A stretch of 64,000 nucleotides of DNA, taken from the NCBI GenBank assembly GCA_023665725.1, contig JAMPDH010000004.1, positions 166-64,165 of the forward strand, written 5' to 3'. Source of the DNA: Clostridium sp. Lineage in GTDB: Bacteria; Bacillota_I; Bacilli_A; RF39; UBA660. A model generated the notes under the pieces. That model had not been told where the DNA came from, searched no databases, and saw only the letters and a program-made list of their open reading frames with translations. Made by a program: the position numbers and the translations under genes. Positions 63,642 through 64,000 of this stretch are shown piece after piece; the stretch's first letter is position 1, and every line of letters starts with the position of its first letter.

Positions 63642-63858
63642 TTATTAACTCAAAGCGATACACCTGTTTTTCATCAGGGTATTTTTCCTTATCAACCTTT
63701 GAAACAAATAAATCATATGGTCTCGCCCATATTTTACCATTATGTTCATATATAACTAAAAGTTCCTCTGTTTCTGAATGTGTAGCAATTGAAATTATTT
63801 TGCATATTCCACCTTTAAAATGTCTATAAATCTCTCCTATTTTCACTTGTATTTCCAT
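63631..63858 (-). CDS. DUF1653-type protein
   Basis: YRHFKG...ATHSET.E.LVIY...WARPYDLF.S.VD..KYP...Q.YRFE. Confidence 0.85.
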   Translation of the reverse strand: MEIQVKIGEIYRHFKGGICKIISIATHSETEELLVIYEHNGKIWARPYDLFVSKVDKEKYPDEKQVYRFELINGN

Positions 63859-63937
63859 CTACTATCTCCTTATACTTTAAATAATATTCTATTTTCCCCG
63901 TATTTTCAAATAACTTCCAAAGTATTTCTTTTTCCAT
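63824..63937 (-). CDS. YqzL-like small protein (37 aa)
   Basis: MEKEILWKLFENTGKIEYYLKYKE...; GGGTG RBS; upstream of recO as in Bacillus. Below the ORF-track size cutoff. Confidence 0.65.
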   Translation of the reverse strand: MEKEILWKLFENTGKIEYYLKYKEIVDGNTSENRRDL

Positions 63938-64000
63938 AAATGTTTCACCCATTTAAATAATGGTCTATTACTAAATTATTTATTCATTCTTTGAAATCAT

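Noticed and set aside
63975-64000. Possible 3' end of era upstream of yqzL-recO
   Set aside because: Too little sequence; synteny alone is insufficient.

Overview
Very AT-rich chromosomal window using the standard code (TGA is a stop). It comes from a reduced, probably spore-forming Bacilli-type Firmicute; an RF39-like gut lineage is my inference from gene content. Most genes lie on the minus strand. Housekeeping genes: obg, valS, dut, metG, rplU-prp-rpmA, infC-rpmI-rplT, rpsT, pyrG, recG, recO, mreCD, radC, clpC-like, PFOR. Sporulation-type genes: gpr, spoIVFA/B-like, cotD-like, cse60-like, yqzL-like. Cis-regulatory RNAs: a Val T-box and L20/L21 leaders. The best candidates for undescribed systems are three. 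(1) An integrase-less tandem array of 1.3-1.4 kb gene cassettes (52.8-55.7 kb) anchored at the 3' end of an unannotated ~105-nt small RNA. Each cassette ends in a conserved ~140-bp arm plus an identical 32-bp core. (2) A 5.1-kb islet bounded by a perfect 21-bp direct repeat at the metG 3' end. It encodes an 851-aa multidomain SigK-like sigma factor and two TPR proteins, one of which shares a domain with the sigma; a stand-alone paralog of the sigma tail lies 43 kb away. (3) A set of accessory proteins, including a probably synthetase-dead RelA/SpoT homolog behind a leader-peptide attenuator, that end in similar basic/aliphatic C-terminal tails. All product calls come from motif recognition by eye; no searches were run.
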